A DNA stretch of 50,977 nucleotides from a virus (IMGVR_UViG_3300045733_000207:1-50977); one strand, 5' to 3'; counted from the first letter of the stretch, positions 37,642-47,487 are shown. A program made the numbers and translations. The notes: generated by a model from the sequence alone, not told the origin.

Positions 37642-37659
37642 TGCCGTTCTCCTCCTGTT

Positions 37660-38870
37660 ACTGGTTGTTAATCTCTCTAATGATCCCTCTAATATGCCAG
37701 CCTACTCTACCATCCCGCACAATCCCGCACACATGCAACCACACTCTACCAGCTCTGCTCTGCACCAATCTGCATTGTGTTGTTGCGCTCATGATACCAG
37801 CATATTAAGCATCAGCCGTGCCATATCCTCACCCCACTGCAATATATTCCTCATCACACTCGTAACCCATTGCAATCCAACACAACTGTGTAATTCTGTA
37901 TGCACTATCCACGCGCTGCTTGTGTTACTCAGTACACACTCTATGTTTCGGAATTCACATATATGCGAAGATTTTCACATATCTGATTCTCGGTCCCGCC
38001 AATACACTGTGTACAAACTGTGTACATACTCACACCCAGTCATAGGGTAGGGTTATGGTCAACCTGAGACTGTGTACATATACTGTGCTGGTGTAAGGGT
38101 TACTCTATGTCATAGGATAGGTATAGTATATCCGTACCAGGAATATCGCTCGCGATTATACCACACAACCATATTCAGTGTCAATCACCAATCCGGGCAT
38201 ATCCCACAAAACATGCGTTCCGACCAATACTGTATCGCAAAAATAGTTCGCACAACATACACAGTTTCAGCCCGGACAGTTTCATAATTTGGTTATCACA
38301 TCATATCTGCATACAGTTGTATGCACCAACAACAACGCTGCATACAACTGTATGCACCAACACTATTGACACATGTGACATACATCACTACTGGATTTGG
38401 TAGTCGCTGCATCCCACGCGCCATCTGTGTTGCCGTGACAATTTGTCACGCCTAAACTGGGGTGATCGTATGCCTCGGATAGCCTATGTCCTGCATTATG
38501 TCCTGCATAAGCCTAGCCTAGCCTGCATCCTGGCTCATCCTATGCCATATAGGGATTACACCCCACCATGCTGTGTAACCTATTGCATATCAATTATGTT
38601 GACATATGTGCATATTGACATAAGTGCGCATCTGTTGTAGGTCATTGTAGTGACAATGTTATTGAGTAGACAGGTTATATGTTATGCGACGTAGATCATG
38701 GCTGTGCATGCGCTGCTGCTGTGCTGTGTCATGCTGTGGATATGGGTGTGCAGGGGCAGGGGGGGGAGGCCGGTCCCTTTGCCCACCGATGAGTTTGTTG
38801 CACGTAATTGATCCAACCTTCACGCAATTGAAAGAAACATCTTGACACATTCTAATTTATTATGACATAT
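37660..38870. other. ~1.2-kb non-coding divergence region with short repeats, palindromes and a G tract; candidate packaging, terminus or origin region
   Basis: No credible ORF; C-rich to G-rich skew switch near 38640-38700; lies between divergent operons upstream of the terminase genes. Confidence 0.55.
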
Positions 38871-39099
38871 TATGACGCATGAAAAGTGAAGACAGGATAC
38901 GCCTTGTTTAGAATCGAAGCCTCAATCTGAGCAATAGGGACGGTGCTGTGATGATAGGCATTGATGAGCAGGGGAAGTGTTGGCTCATAGCGGAAGCTGA
39001 CACATATCACAACGTGGAGCGTTTTGTGGGGATGGGTAGTACGGAAGATATTGAGATAAGCAGGGTAGCGTTTGACGCGATGTGTGTGGGGGTGAAGTG

Positions 39100-39327
39100 A
39101 TGGACGAGCGGGTGAAGGTGGTGGATAGGCCGAAGTTACCTGACGATTTCATAACATTCACGGTGCATCGGTGGTTAGTGGATATGATGCGTGTGCGGAA
39201 GAAGAAGACAGGTGAGCCATTGATACATCAGGTAGAGACGGCTGTGAAGTGGTATCTGGAGGGGAAGGATTCGAGGAAGATAGAGACTGACGAGCGGGGG
39301 TATTATGATGCTGATGGGGTGAAGTGA
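39100..39327 (+). CDS. Small hypothetical protein, possible ribbon-helix-helix
   Basis: TGATG overlap; FITFTVH strand followed by helices. Confidence 0.5.
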   Translation: MDERVKVVDRPKLPDDFITFTVHRWLVDMMRVRKKKTGEPLIHQVETAVKWYLEGKDSRKIETDERGYYDADGVK

Positions 39328-39791
39328 AATTAACGGAGGTTTAGTTATGAAAAACGTCAAGATAATGTCGCAATGGGATATTCGGCGAATTGTGAGGGAT
39401 GAGATAGACAAAAGTATTGCCCATATAACAGAGAAAACAATTCAGAGAATTTGTAATGATTATCTTTATCGAACGGAGAGGGGTTTTCTGGATCATCTGG
39501 CTAGACAATTTGGTTTGAAGGTTGCGGTTCCTGTGACTCAAAACATAACGGATGCTACCCCGATTCGGGATTTGCGTTTTACACGACGCACTCAGAGTTG
39601 TTTGGAACTGGCAGATATAAAAACCATTGCAGAATTGACGAATAAAACTACGTCTGATTTACTAAGATGTAGGGGACTTGGCAAAAAAACATTCTTTGAA
39701 GTTCGTAATCGGTTAAAAAGTTGTGGGCGGTCATTGAAAGATGAATGATGGTTAGGAAGATAGAGACTGACGAGCGGGGGTATTATGATGC
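39274..39791 (+). repeat. 38-bp direct repeats (39274-39311 and 39754-39791) flanking the alphaCTD gene
   Basis: AGGAAGATAGAGACTGACGAGCGGGGGTATTATGATGC occurs twice, 480 bp apart. Confidence 0.9.
39347..39748 (+). CDS. Protein with an RNA polymerase alpha subunit C-terminal domain
   Basis: PIRDLRFTRRTQSCL..ADIKTIAEL......LL...GLGKKT..EV...L...G.SL matches the RpoA CTD pattern. Confidence 0.85.
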   Translation: MKNVKIMSQWDIRRIVRDEIDKSIAHITEKTIQRICNDYLYRTERGFLDHLARQFGLKVAVPVTQNITDATPIRDLRFTRRTQSCLELADIKTIAELTNKTTSDLLRCRGLGKKTFFEVRNRLKSCGRSLKDE

Positions 39792-39803
39792 GGAGGCTGT
39801 TAA

Positions 39804-40079
39804 ATGAAGATAATGACGGCGAGTGAATTGACTGCACATGCTTTGAGCGAGGCAATATGGGAGGCTACGGGTAGAGCGCATTACGTTGAAGGGATAGAGT
39901 TGGTCTTGACGGTATCAAGCAAGATACTGGCTAGAGCGATCCTGTTGGCGTGGGCAATGAGTAAGGATTTACGGGTGGAGGTAGATGAGAGTTACGGGTA
40001 CAGGTGGACGGTGTTGGGTCGGCGGATTCTTCCAAATGGCAGGACGGAGGAGACATTGGTGTACAATGATGGGTGTTAA
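39804..40079 (+). CDS. Hypothetical protein
   Basis: GGAGG RBS. Confidence 0.6.
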   Translation: MKIMTASELTAHALSEAIWEATGRAHYVEGIELVLTVSSKILARAILLAWAMSKDLRVEVDESYGYRWTVLGRRILPNGRTEETLVYNDGC

Positions 40080-40082
40080 GTA

Positions 40083-40586
40083 ATGACCGAAGAATTGACA
40101 GCGAAGCCGGAAGAAGTACTGGAGCGGTACTTACCGACGATAACATTTGACGGTGACTTGGATCCGGCGTTCAGGAATTTGCCGGTGCAAGTGCAAGGGA
40201 TACTATTATTGAGGGCAATGGGGCTGACTCCAATGGAAATCAGCAAGATACTGAAGGTGGAGAATACTGTCATTAGTGGATATTTGGTAAGACACGATCC
40301 ATACCACAAGTTCCGGTTGACGAAGGAGCAGGTCAAGCAGGTGCAGAAAGCGTACTGGCTGCGGATCCAGAATTTAGCGTTCACGAGTTTGGATGCGGAG
40401 CGGATGAGTGAACTTGATCCAAACAAGGTGGTGCGGATGGCGGATCAGGCGCAGAAGGCGTTGGACAAGTTGGAGCAGCCAGGGGTGAGCAAGCTGACGG
40501 CTACGCAGATATTGAAGCGGCTGATGGAGTCAAAAGCGGTTACAGTGGAGGTTAAGGATGTGAACATAGGTGAAGTGACGCCATGA
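40083..40586 (+). CDS. HTH protein, candidate terminase small subunit
   Basis: GLTPMEISKILKV..TVISGYL HTH; helical remainder; upstream of TerL. Confidence 0.55.
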   Translation: MTEELTAKPEEVLERYLPTITFDGDLDPAFRNLPVQVQGILLLRAMGLTPMEISKILKVENTVISGYLVRHDPYHKFRLTKEQVKQVQKAYWLRIQNLAFTSLDAERMSELDPNKVVRMADQAQKALDKLEQPGVSKLTATQILKRLMESKAVTVEVKDVNIGEVTP

Positions 40587-40792
40587 GTCTGAACACAATG
40601 ACACCTGAGATGTACAAGGCGCGGACGGGGATCGGTGGCGGGATCAGGGAAGATGTAGAGAAGCACAAGGTGCGGCGGAATAGTAAGAGCAGGGGTAACT
40701 GGCCGGTAAGATTATGTATGCGGTTCGATTGTGTGAACAGAGACGATTTGTGCAACAACTGTATCCGATGGGACAAGTACAAGAAAGTGTGA
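40583..40792 (+). CDS. Small Cys-rich hypothetical protein
   Basis: ATGA coupling. Confidence 0.5.
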   Translation: MSLNTMTPEMYKARTGIGGGIREDVEKHKVRRNSKSRGNWPVRLCMRFDCVNRDDLCNNCIRWDKYKKV

Positions 40793-40794
40793 AC

Positions 40795-41046
40795 ATGCCT
40801 AATAAAACAGCGACGGTTGAGCAATACGCAGATTGTTCGGTGTGTGTTCACGGCCACGATCTTGATCCGCGTGCAAGTTCGATGGTCGTCTGCACGCCAC
40901 AACACAAGGCGCACGATCCGCGCCACTGTTGCTCTGGTTTCCGGCACATCACAATCATAGAAATTGACGAAAGATCAAATGCTAAATTTGGGAAACCCAA
41001 CATAGAGATCACCGGCGACAGTCCTGTGCATCGAGTGGTTGAATGA
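40795..41046 (+). CDS. Small Cys/His-rich protein, probable cassette relic
   Basis: Bounded by GTTCGGT (40835) and ACCCAAC (40995); C-richer than the G-rich flanks. Confidence 0.5.
   Translation: MPNKTATVEQYADCSVCVHGHDLDPRASSMVVCTPQHKAHDPRHCCSGFRHITIIEIDERSNAKFGKPNIEITGDSPVHRVVE
40995..41044 (-). mobile_element. Isolated short attC-like site (locus 3)
   Basis: ACCCAAC ataga GAT CACCGG ... [T] CCTGTG [C] ATC gagtg GTTGAAT. Confidence 0.6.
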
Positions 41047-41229
41047 AGCCATGAAAATCTGTTGTATAACGCAAGTTGAGATGGAAGCCGAGAAGATGAC
41101 ATGGGTGCGGAAGGGTACTAAGGATCAGGAGGGCTACAAGTTCTACGTGATGCGGCGACTGAGGGAGAGCGGGATAGACTTGGAGAAGCCGCATGTGTGG
41201 GAGAAGCAGGGTGAGAAGCGAAAGGCGAT

Positions 41230-43080
41230 GTGGATATGTCGGCAGTAGTGACCCCTGAAACCAGACCACCGTTTATTTTCACATTCATTACGGATGTTGG
41301 TGTCGAGAAGTTGACCTATGCCGAATATCTGAAACGTGATGATTTACGGAAACAAGTCAACGATGAAGATATGGCGCGACTGTTTCTTGGCAGAACGATT
41401 GTCCTGTTCAGTAAGGACTTTCTGGCTGGCAATGAAGGGCAGTTGGAAATGTACGCTGACCTGGAGCACTTGTGGAAGACCAATCCCTTACAGTTCTTTG
41501 CGCCTGCCACCTATGAGGCACAAGACGCAATCAACGACTGGATACATGATGTTGTGGCAGTGGTGGCACCAAATCGAGTGGGGAAAACTACCCTGATGAT
41601 GGTCAAGTTACTGCTTGGTGCGATACCAATGAAACGGGACTGGCCGATATTCGCGGAACACGGTGTTGATTATGTGCCGTTCCGTGATCCAATGGAACTG
41701 GCCGTGTCGAGTTACAAAGAGAAGAATCTCAGAGATACCATATGGCCAAAGATGATCCGATTCTGGACGCCGGATAGTGAATTGGGGGTGTATGGCAAGC
41801 AGTACAAAGGTACAGGTGCAAGAAGTAATCCGTCTTGGGGACACGAGAGCAGGATTGAACTGACGTGCGGTAGTGCAATGAGCATGTTCACTTACGAGCA
41901 GGATCAAGACGTGTATGAGAGTGGCGTGTTCAAGAGAAGGTTATGGGATGAGCAGGGTAAGGAGAACCTGTTTGACGGTGCTGACGAACGATGCAGAACG
42001 GTAAGAGGCATACACTTCTTTTCGCTGACACCGCATAAGGTGGAAGGTAGGCCGGACACTGGCGCGGGTAGTTTCGTTCACAAGATGTTGACCGGCGAAC
42101 AGAAGAAGGGACATAACCCAAAGACCTACACAATGGGTGTAAGGGAAATGCTGGACTGGATTTACCCGGAAAGTGAGAAGCAGAAAGCGTTCGATAAATG
42201 GGAGAACGAACCGCGCAAGAACGGGAATAGCCGGGTACTCAGGGAAGGTCGAGCCAGGCTGTATGGTGAGTGGCACAGTACTGCGGGACTGGTGATTACC
42301 AGTTGGGAACCTGAATACAGTTGGATTGACCCGTTGTGGGAACATCCTCCGGACGACTGGACGTGTTACCGGGCATGGGATCATGGCAAGGTTAATCCTA
42401 CATGTGGCTTATGTCTTGCTGTCAATAAGAACCTGGATGTTGTTATTTACAGAGAGCTATATACCAAGGGCGATAGTCCATTTCAGAATGTCAGACGAAT
42501 GGTTCAGATGAGTGGCAACAGTTTACGCAAGCTGCCAAGTGTGCATGATGATAATCGTGGTGTTATACTCGAACGGTTTGAGGAAGTATATGATACCGAG
42601 GTGTACGCCAAACAGGTATTAGATGGCAGGAGTTTTGCCGGACTTGATGACAGTACATCCAAGCCCGTTGGCTGGTTGTACAAGTGCGCTGGGTTGAAAG
42701 TTGTACCAGCTTCCACGGCGCATTACGAACAGTGGATACCCATGTTTGAAGAATACCTGCATGTTGATCCTGAACGTGTGCATCTTGTGACTGGCAAGAA
42801 AGGCGCATCACGCATGTACGTGTTCAATACCTGTGTGAACTGGAAACGGGAAATAGAAGGTTGGCACTGGATGGATACCATAGCAGGCAAGAACGAATCA
42901 GACAAACCGGCTGACATAGACAACCATTCCATGTCAGCGAGTGGGTATAGCATCCAAATCCCTTTGCGGTTCCTCGGCGACATTTTTCAGACAGGCCGAA
43001 ACAGGGTGAGAGAGAAACCGTGGTATGAGGAAAAGAGACAGGGACAGGTTGTGGGGTCGAGTCAATACAGGAGATTGTGA
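41230..43080 (+). CDS. terL: Terminase large subunit
   Basis: APNRVGKT Walker A, WDE Walker B, SLTP, RAWDHG RNase H-like nuclease motif, C-terminal DNHSMSA. Confidence 0.85.
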   Translation: MDMSAVVTPETRPPFIFTFITDVGVEKLTYAEYLKRDDLRKQVNDEDMARLFLGRTIVLFSKDFLAGNEGQLEMYADLEHLWKTNPLQFFAPATYEAQDAINDWIHDVVAVVAPNRVGKTTLMMVKLLLGAIPMKRDWPIFAEHGVDYVPFRDPMELAVSSYKEKNLRDTIWPKMIRFWTPDSELGVYGKQYKGTGARSNPSWGHESRIELTCGSAMSMFTYEQDQDVYESGVFKRRLWDEQGKENLFDGADERCRTVRGIHFFSLTPHKVEGRPDTGAGSFVHKMLTGEQKKGHNPKTYTMGVREMLDWIYPESEKQKAFDKWENEPRKNGNSRVLREGRARLYGEWHSTAGLVITSWEPEYSWIDPLWEHPPDDWTCYRAWDHGKVNPTCGLCLAVNKNLDVVIYRELYTKGDSPFQNVRRMVQMSGNSLRKLPSVHDDNRGVILERFEEVYDTEVYAKQVLDGRSFAGLDDSTSKPVGWLYKCAGLKVVPASTAHYEQWIPMFEEYLHVDPERVHLVTGKKGASRMYVFNTCVNWKREIEGWHWMDTIAGKNESDKPADIDNHSMSASGYSIQIPLRFLGDIFQTGRNRVREKPWYEEKRQGQVVGSSQYRRL

Positions 43081-43454
43081 TATGAAGGCAATGCGAATAT
43101 GTTTAGGAATTGAATTTGGAGACATGAGTAGAAAAGGATTTTTTCGCAATATCAAAACACCTGAATATAGACTTGGAGTGGCAATCCTTAAAAGATGTCA
43201 AATTGATAAGTATATACGGATGTTGTATAGGTCATGCAGATTAACGGTGCATGCGGGGGGAGATGTGGATATGTCGAAATTGTTGAAAGGACTGAAACCA
43301 TGAACATCAACAGAAGCGGGGAAATCGGATTGCGAAAATTCATGTTGCTACACGAGCCGGAGATTGCCAGATCCGGCAAGGACGGCGGGGATCAGTGGGG
43401 ATTATTGTGGCTCGCGTTTTTTCAAATGTTCAACAGGAAGCCGGGAGAGAAGGA

Positions 43455-44054
43455 ATGATAGTCAACTTGAAGCCAACAGGTGACAACATCCTGATCCATA
43501 AGTGCGGTGTGGGTCAATCGTTGTCAAACGGGGACAGGGGTATTGCAAAGGAAGATGGAACACCATTACTCATTCTGCCCCAATACTATGCGGATACTAC
43601 CAGTTTCGTAGAGATCGTGGACGTTGGTCCAGACTGTGAAATGTTCCACGTGGAACATTGCCAAAAAGAGAATGGCGACTTTGGGGAAACTACGCTATGC
43701 CCTGAAATGGGTGACGGTATGCACCATATCGAGGAACATTACTGGATCATCAAGGAGTCATTACTGTTTCCAGTGATATTCCCGGCAGAACTGGATATAC
43801 AGGCTATTGGCGATTGCGTGGTTGTGGAAGTACCGGCCAAGGATCAAAGCAAATTGATTGTGACGTGTGATCAGTTTCAAGACAAGACTTATGTCTATCC
43901 CGTAGTCTCAGTTGGAAATGGTGTCAAGGATAGGATATTGAAAGGATCACAAATCATTGTTCAGGCTAAAATCAAGATATTCAAGATCAAGGACAAGCAG
44001 TATGGTTGTGTCAGAGAGGAAGATGTTTTGGGAGTTGCGGAAAATGAGACTTGA
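43455..44054 (+). CDS. GroES-like co-chaperonin with two tandem domains
   Basis: LKPTGDNILI...IVDVGP and IQAIGDCVVV...VVSVGNG...VREEDVLGV. Confidence 0.65.
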   Translation: MIVNLKPTGDNILIHKCGVGQSLSNGDRGIAKEDGTPLLILPQYYADTTSFVEIVDVGPDCEMFHVEHCQKENGDFGETTLCPEMGDGMHHIEEHYWIIKESLLFPVIFPAELDIQAIGDCVVVEVPAKDQSKLIVTCDQFQDKTYVYPVVSVGNGVKDRILKGSQIIVQAKIKIFKIKDKQYGCVREEDVLGVAENET

Positions 44055-44166
44055 CATAGTTTCGATAATTTGATACATAGCCAGTGAAAGTAAAAAAAGG
44101 TCGCTGTAGGGCTTCAGGGTTCAGCGGCCTTTGTATTTGAGAGCGTTAGGGAATGAGGGAACGCTT

Positions 44167-46431
44167 ATGCCAGACGAAAAAGAAGTACCTGCTAATCAGA
44201 AACCGTACGATACTCCATTATCGTCCGATGCTTTCATTCCGACCGAGATAGAAGATCAGCCCAAGCCAAAGAATGTTCAGAAGATTTTTCACGGCGAGAA
44301 TCTGGCTGATGATCCTGCATTGTGCGAATCGGCTATGTCCTATCTCAAAATCTACAAAGATAAGTACAAAACTGATCGTGCCTCGCATGAGACTATTTGG
44401 GAAACAACCGACTGGATGTGGAAGTGCGGACAGGACGAAACCATACGTGAAACTGAACGTACCCGACTTGACCGACAGGCCGATAACCTTACAAAGACGA
44501 AGGCGCAAAAAGTCGGATCAACGATGTTCTACAAGATTGTGCGTTCACTAGCCGCTCAGTTCGTAAACGTCCTGTTCAGTCAGACCGACCCTTACCATTA
44601 CTCAAGTCGTAGTAATCCTGAAATCTTCGGAAGCGACAAGCAAGCTGAACTGCTTGCCAATCAGCATAATCTCACAATGCGATGGAACCGTGACAAGGAG
44701 AACTTCACGGTCAAAGCAATCGAGTTTCTATTCCAACTTATCAAGTACGGTAATCAACCTGTAGTGTGTAGTTGGTTCAGACGTTCACAAGAAGTGTTGG
44801 ACAGGTGGCCAACTAAGAAACCCGTTGAAGGTCAACCCGTAGAAACCAAGGTCAGTCGCAAGCTGGTACTGACCGACAACCGTTTCAACTGGGAAGCCAT
44901 ACCAATCGAGAACTTCTATGCCGATTCCAATATAGCCGATATGCAGAAACAGAACTGCGTTATTACCGAATCCACAACCAATATGACCGAATTATTGGAC
45001 GGTCAACGGCTCAAGGAATACATCAATGTGGATCAGGTCAACGAGTCACATCTATTCAAAGGTTCCGGCGATAATGATGAGATCAGGCAACAGAAAGAAA
45101 CCAATGCTGGACTGGCCTCTACAACGCCTGACGCCAATACCGGCACATTCCAGTTGTGGAACGCAATGGTGCTCTTACCAATAGATGAGACTGCGAAAAT
45201 CGGCAAACGGTGGGATCCGCTCAAGAACATGCCAAAGAAGTTTTGGGTGACAGTAGTCAAGGACTTTACGGCTGGTGTGGTATTGCGAATTGAACGCAAT
45301 CCCGATCCTGACGATGAGATACCGATGGACATGATTCATCACCTTCCCGATGATTCGGATAAGTTGTACCACATCAGCCTAGCTCAATTAATACGCGGCA
45401 ACTACAGCGAGTCCACTACCAGTAAGGAGCAGTTGATTGACACCAAGACTGCCAATATCAATAGACCACTGAAAGCGAAACGTGGCGAAGTCTATACTGA
45501 TACCGGTGATTTGAAGTTTGGGAAAGACGTTATCTACTACGTGGAAAACGAGAATTCGCTAACCGAATTTGTCATGGCTCCAGTCAATGACATCATACCA
45601 ACCCTGCAATACATTGACAACGACAGCGACGAAGCGGCTGGCAACAATCGTGCAACACGCGGCGAGGCAATGGGGCAGCGTACCAGTTCTAGTGAAGCCG
45701 TGAATGCCTATACCGCAGCCAGTCTGCCAAACAAGATGTTGATCAAGTACGTCTTTCACCAATGGCTCAGTTGGCTTGCGCGTAAGGGTGTGCGTTACTG
45801 GCACATCTACGCTCAGGAAAATCAGACATTGAAGATCGCGGATGATGAAGGTGTCTATCAGTCTATCAGGCCGATTGATCTGTTTGGCGATTACGATGTG
45901 GTCATAGATATTGTTGACGAGTTTGAACAGAACTTGATGCAGCAACAGGGTATGACCTTCGCGGCTCAGAATCTACTGCCTCTATTCCTGAAAGACATGA
46001 ACAGCAGGGAAGCGGCCAAGAAGTTCTTTGAACTGATCCTGCATACAGACATAAGCGACATAATCAAGCCAGACGATTCTGAACAACAGAAGGCATTGGC
46101 GCGGCACGAGAACCGGCTATTAATGGACGGGCAATATGTCAATCCGAGTCCACAAGACAACCATGACGTAATGTTGGCTGAACATAAGTCATGGCGATTG
46201 CAGTACACAGGCGTCGAAGGTGATTACCCCAATATCCGTCTATTAGACCGGCACATTGCGGAAACTGAATTCCTGAAACAACAGACTGGACAGCAAACCG
46301 GCAGTATGACCGCACCGCCTGAAAACACGACACCCGGTATGGTGGTTGGTAATGAGATGGCCGGTCAAATGGGTGCAATGGCAAATGGTGGTGGTGGTGC
46401 GGCAATGGGCGGTGGAGTGGCAATGCAATGA
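44167..46431 (+). CDS. Portal protein (large, P22-like)
   Basis: ~754 aa after TerL; IKYGN, ENFYAD and RTSSSE..A portal-type motifs; Gln/Gly-rich tail. Confidence 0.8.
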   Translation: MPDEKEVPANQKPYDTPLSSDAFIPTEIEDQPKPKNVQKIFHGENLADDPALCESAMSYLKIYKDKYKTDRASHETIWETTDWMWKCGQDETIRETERTRLDRQADNLTKTKAQKVGSTMFYKIVRSLAAQFVNVLFSQTDPYHYSSRSNPEIFGSDKQAELLANQHNLTMRWNRDKENFTVKAIEFLFQLIKYGNQPVVCSWFRRSQEVLDRWPTKKPVEGQPVETKVSRKLVLTDNRFNWEAIPIENFYADSNIADMQKQNCVITESTTNMTELLDGQRLKEYINVDQVNESHLFKGSGDNDEIRQQKETNAGLASTTPDANTGTFQLWNAMVLLPIDETAKIGKRWDPLKNMPKKFWVTVVKDFTAGVVLRIERNPDPDDEIPMDMIHHLPDDSDKLYHISLAQLIRGNYSESTTSKEQLIDTKTANINRPLKAKRGEVYTDTGDLKFGKDVIYYVENENSLTEFVMAPVNDIIPTLQYIDNDSDEAAGNNRATRGEAMGQRTSSSEAVNAYTAASLPNKMLIKYVFHQWLSWLARKGVRYWHIYAQENQTLKIADDEGVYQSIRPIDLFGDYDVVIDIVDEFEQNLMQQQGMTFAAQNLLPLFLKDMNSREAAKKFFELILHTDISDIIKPDDSEQQKALARHENRLLMDGQYVNPSPQDNHDVMLAEHKSWRLQYTGVEGDYPNIRLLDRHIAETEFLKQQTGQQTGSMTAPPENTTPGMVVGNEMAGQMGAMANGGGGAAMGGGVAMQ

Positions 46432-46688
46432 CAAGCAACATGGAAATACCCATTCCGAAAGAGAAGGTCCAGCAGTTGGCCGAACTCATGGATTCCGAGA
46501 AATTCACGGTTTATACGTGGATGCTGGAACAGATGATTGACCGCATTCATGGTCAATTAGAAACGGCGAAGCCCGAAGAATCGCCTCTATTGCAAGGTGA
46601 ATGTAAGCGGCTCAGAAGACTCCTGATGTTTCGGGAATTCCTTCTGAAAGCGGCACAGAGTAATGGCGTGGCTCAAGCCAGTGATTGA
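46428..46688 (+). CDS. Small protein coupled to the portal gene
   Basis: ATGA overlap; LQGE motif. Confidence 0.6.
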   Translation: MTSNMEIPIPKEKVQQLAELMDSEKFTVYTWMLEQMIDRIHGQLETAKPEESPLLQGECKRLRRLLMFREFLLKAAQSNGVAQASD

Positions 46689-46707
46689 GCCGGAAAGGAC
46701 ATGAACT

Positions 46708-47478
46708 ATGTCTGACGAATCAACGGTAATGCCGGATTCTTCCAGTTTGTCCCCCGATGAGGGTGACTCACGAACTGGAACCCAGGTTACCAGCGAGCAG
46801 GGAACTGAGTCAACCACTGGCGATTCCCCAAAAGGGATTCAATCGAAAGATGGTCAAGACCCGGTGATGGCGAAACGACTGGCCGACACGGAAACCGCTT
46901 TGAAAGAGCGACAACGTGAATTTACGGAAATGTCGTTGAAACTCGCGGAACTGAAAGGTCAGTTCAATGAGCGCACAAAGTCTGAGCAAACAACCAGTGA
47001 TCCAATGGCGGATGTATGGAACGCGGAACTTGAGGAACGTTTCGTGTCTGAACCGCAGAAGGTCATAGGCGAAGTTTTGCAAAGACAGCAACGCGCTTTT
47101 GGACAGGTCTTGCAGCAACGTGATGACTATTGGAAAGACCAAATTGGCAAGATAGTTGATGAGCGGGTTAATCCTGAACGAATAGAGTTACGGGATACGA
47201 TCAATGAACTGTCGAAAAGCGATTGGTTCACCAAGTTATCGCCTAATGAGCAAGTGGCGGCAGCCAAACAGTATCGCGGCGCGCCTGGTAGGGAAACGGG
47301 TCCACAACCGCACAGTACAAGTTTGGGCGGAACTGGACGTAGAACTGTTGATACCAGAACGGCAGACGAAACTCGTCGCGCAACGGCAAAGGCCATCATG
47401 GAAAACTCATTCCCAATGACCGACAATTCCAACACATTGGAACCAACATTGTCGGTCAGTACCAGACAAAGAAGGTAG
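46708..47478 (+). CDS. Putative capsid scaffolding protein
   Basis: Acidic disordered N-terminus and coiled coil; lies between portal and capsid genes. Confidence 0.65.
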   Translation: MSDESTVMPDSSSLSPDEGDSRTGTQVTSEQGTESTTGDSPKGIQSKDGQDPVMAKRLADTETALKERQREFTEMSLKLAELKGQFNERTKSEQTTSDPMADVWNAELEERFVSEPQKVIGEVLQRQQRAFGQVLQQRDDYWKDQIGKIVDERVNPERIELRDTINELSKSDWFTKLSPNEQVAAAKQYRGAPGRETGPQPHSTSLGGTGRRTVDTRTADETRRATAKAIMENSFPMTDNSNTLEPTLSVSTRQRR

Positions 47479-47487
47479 GTGAATATC

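Noticed and set aside
38879-39100. Genome-wide TAG recoding
   Set aside because: Coding density is high under the standard code, and core genes including the major capsid gene end in TAG.
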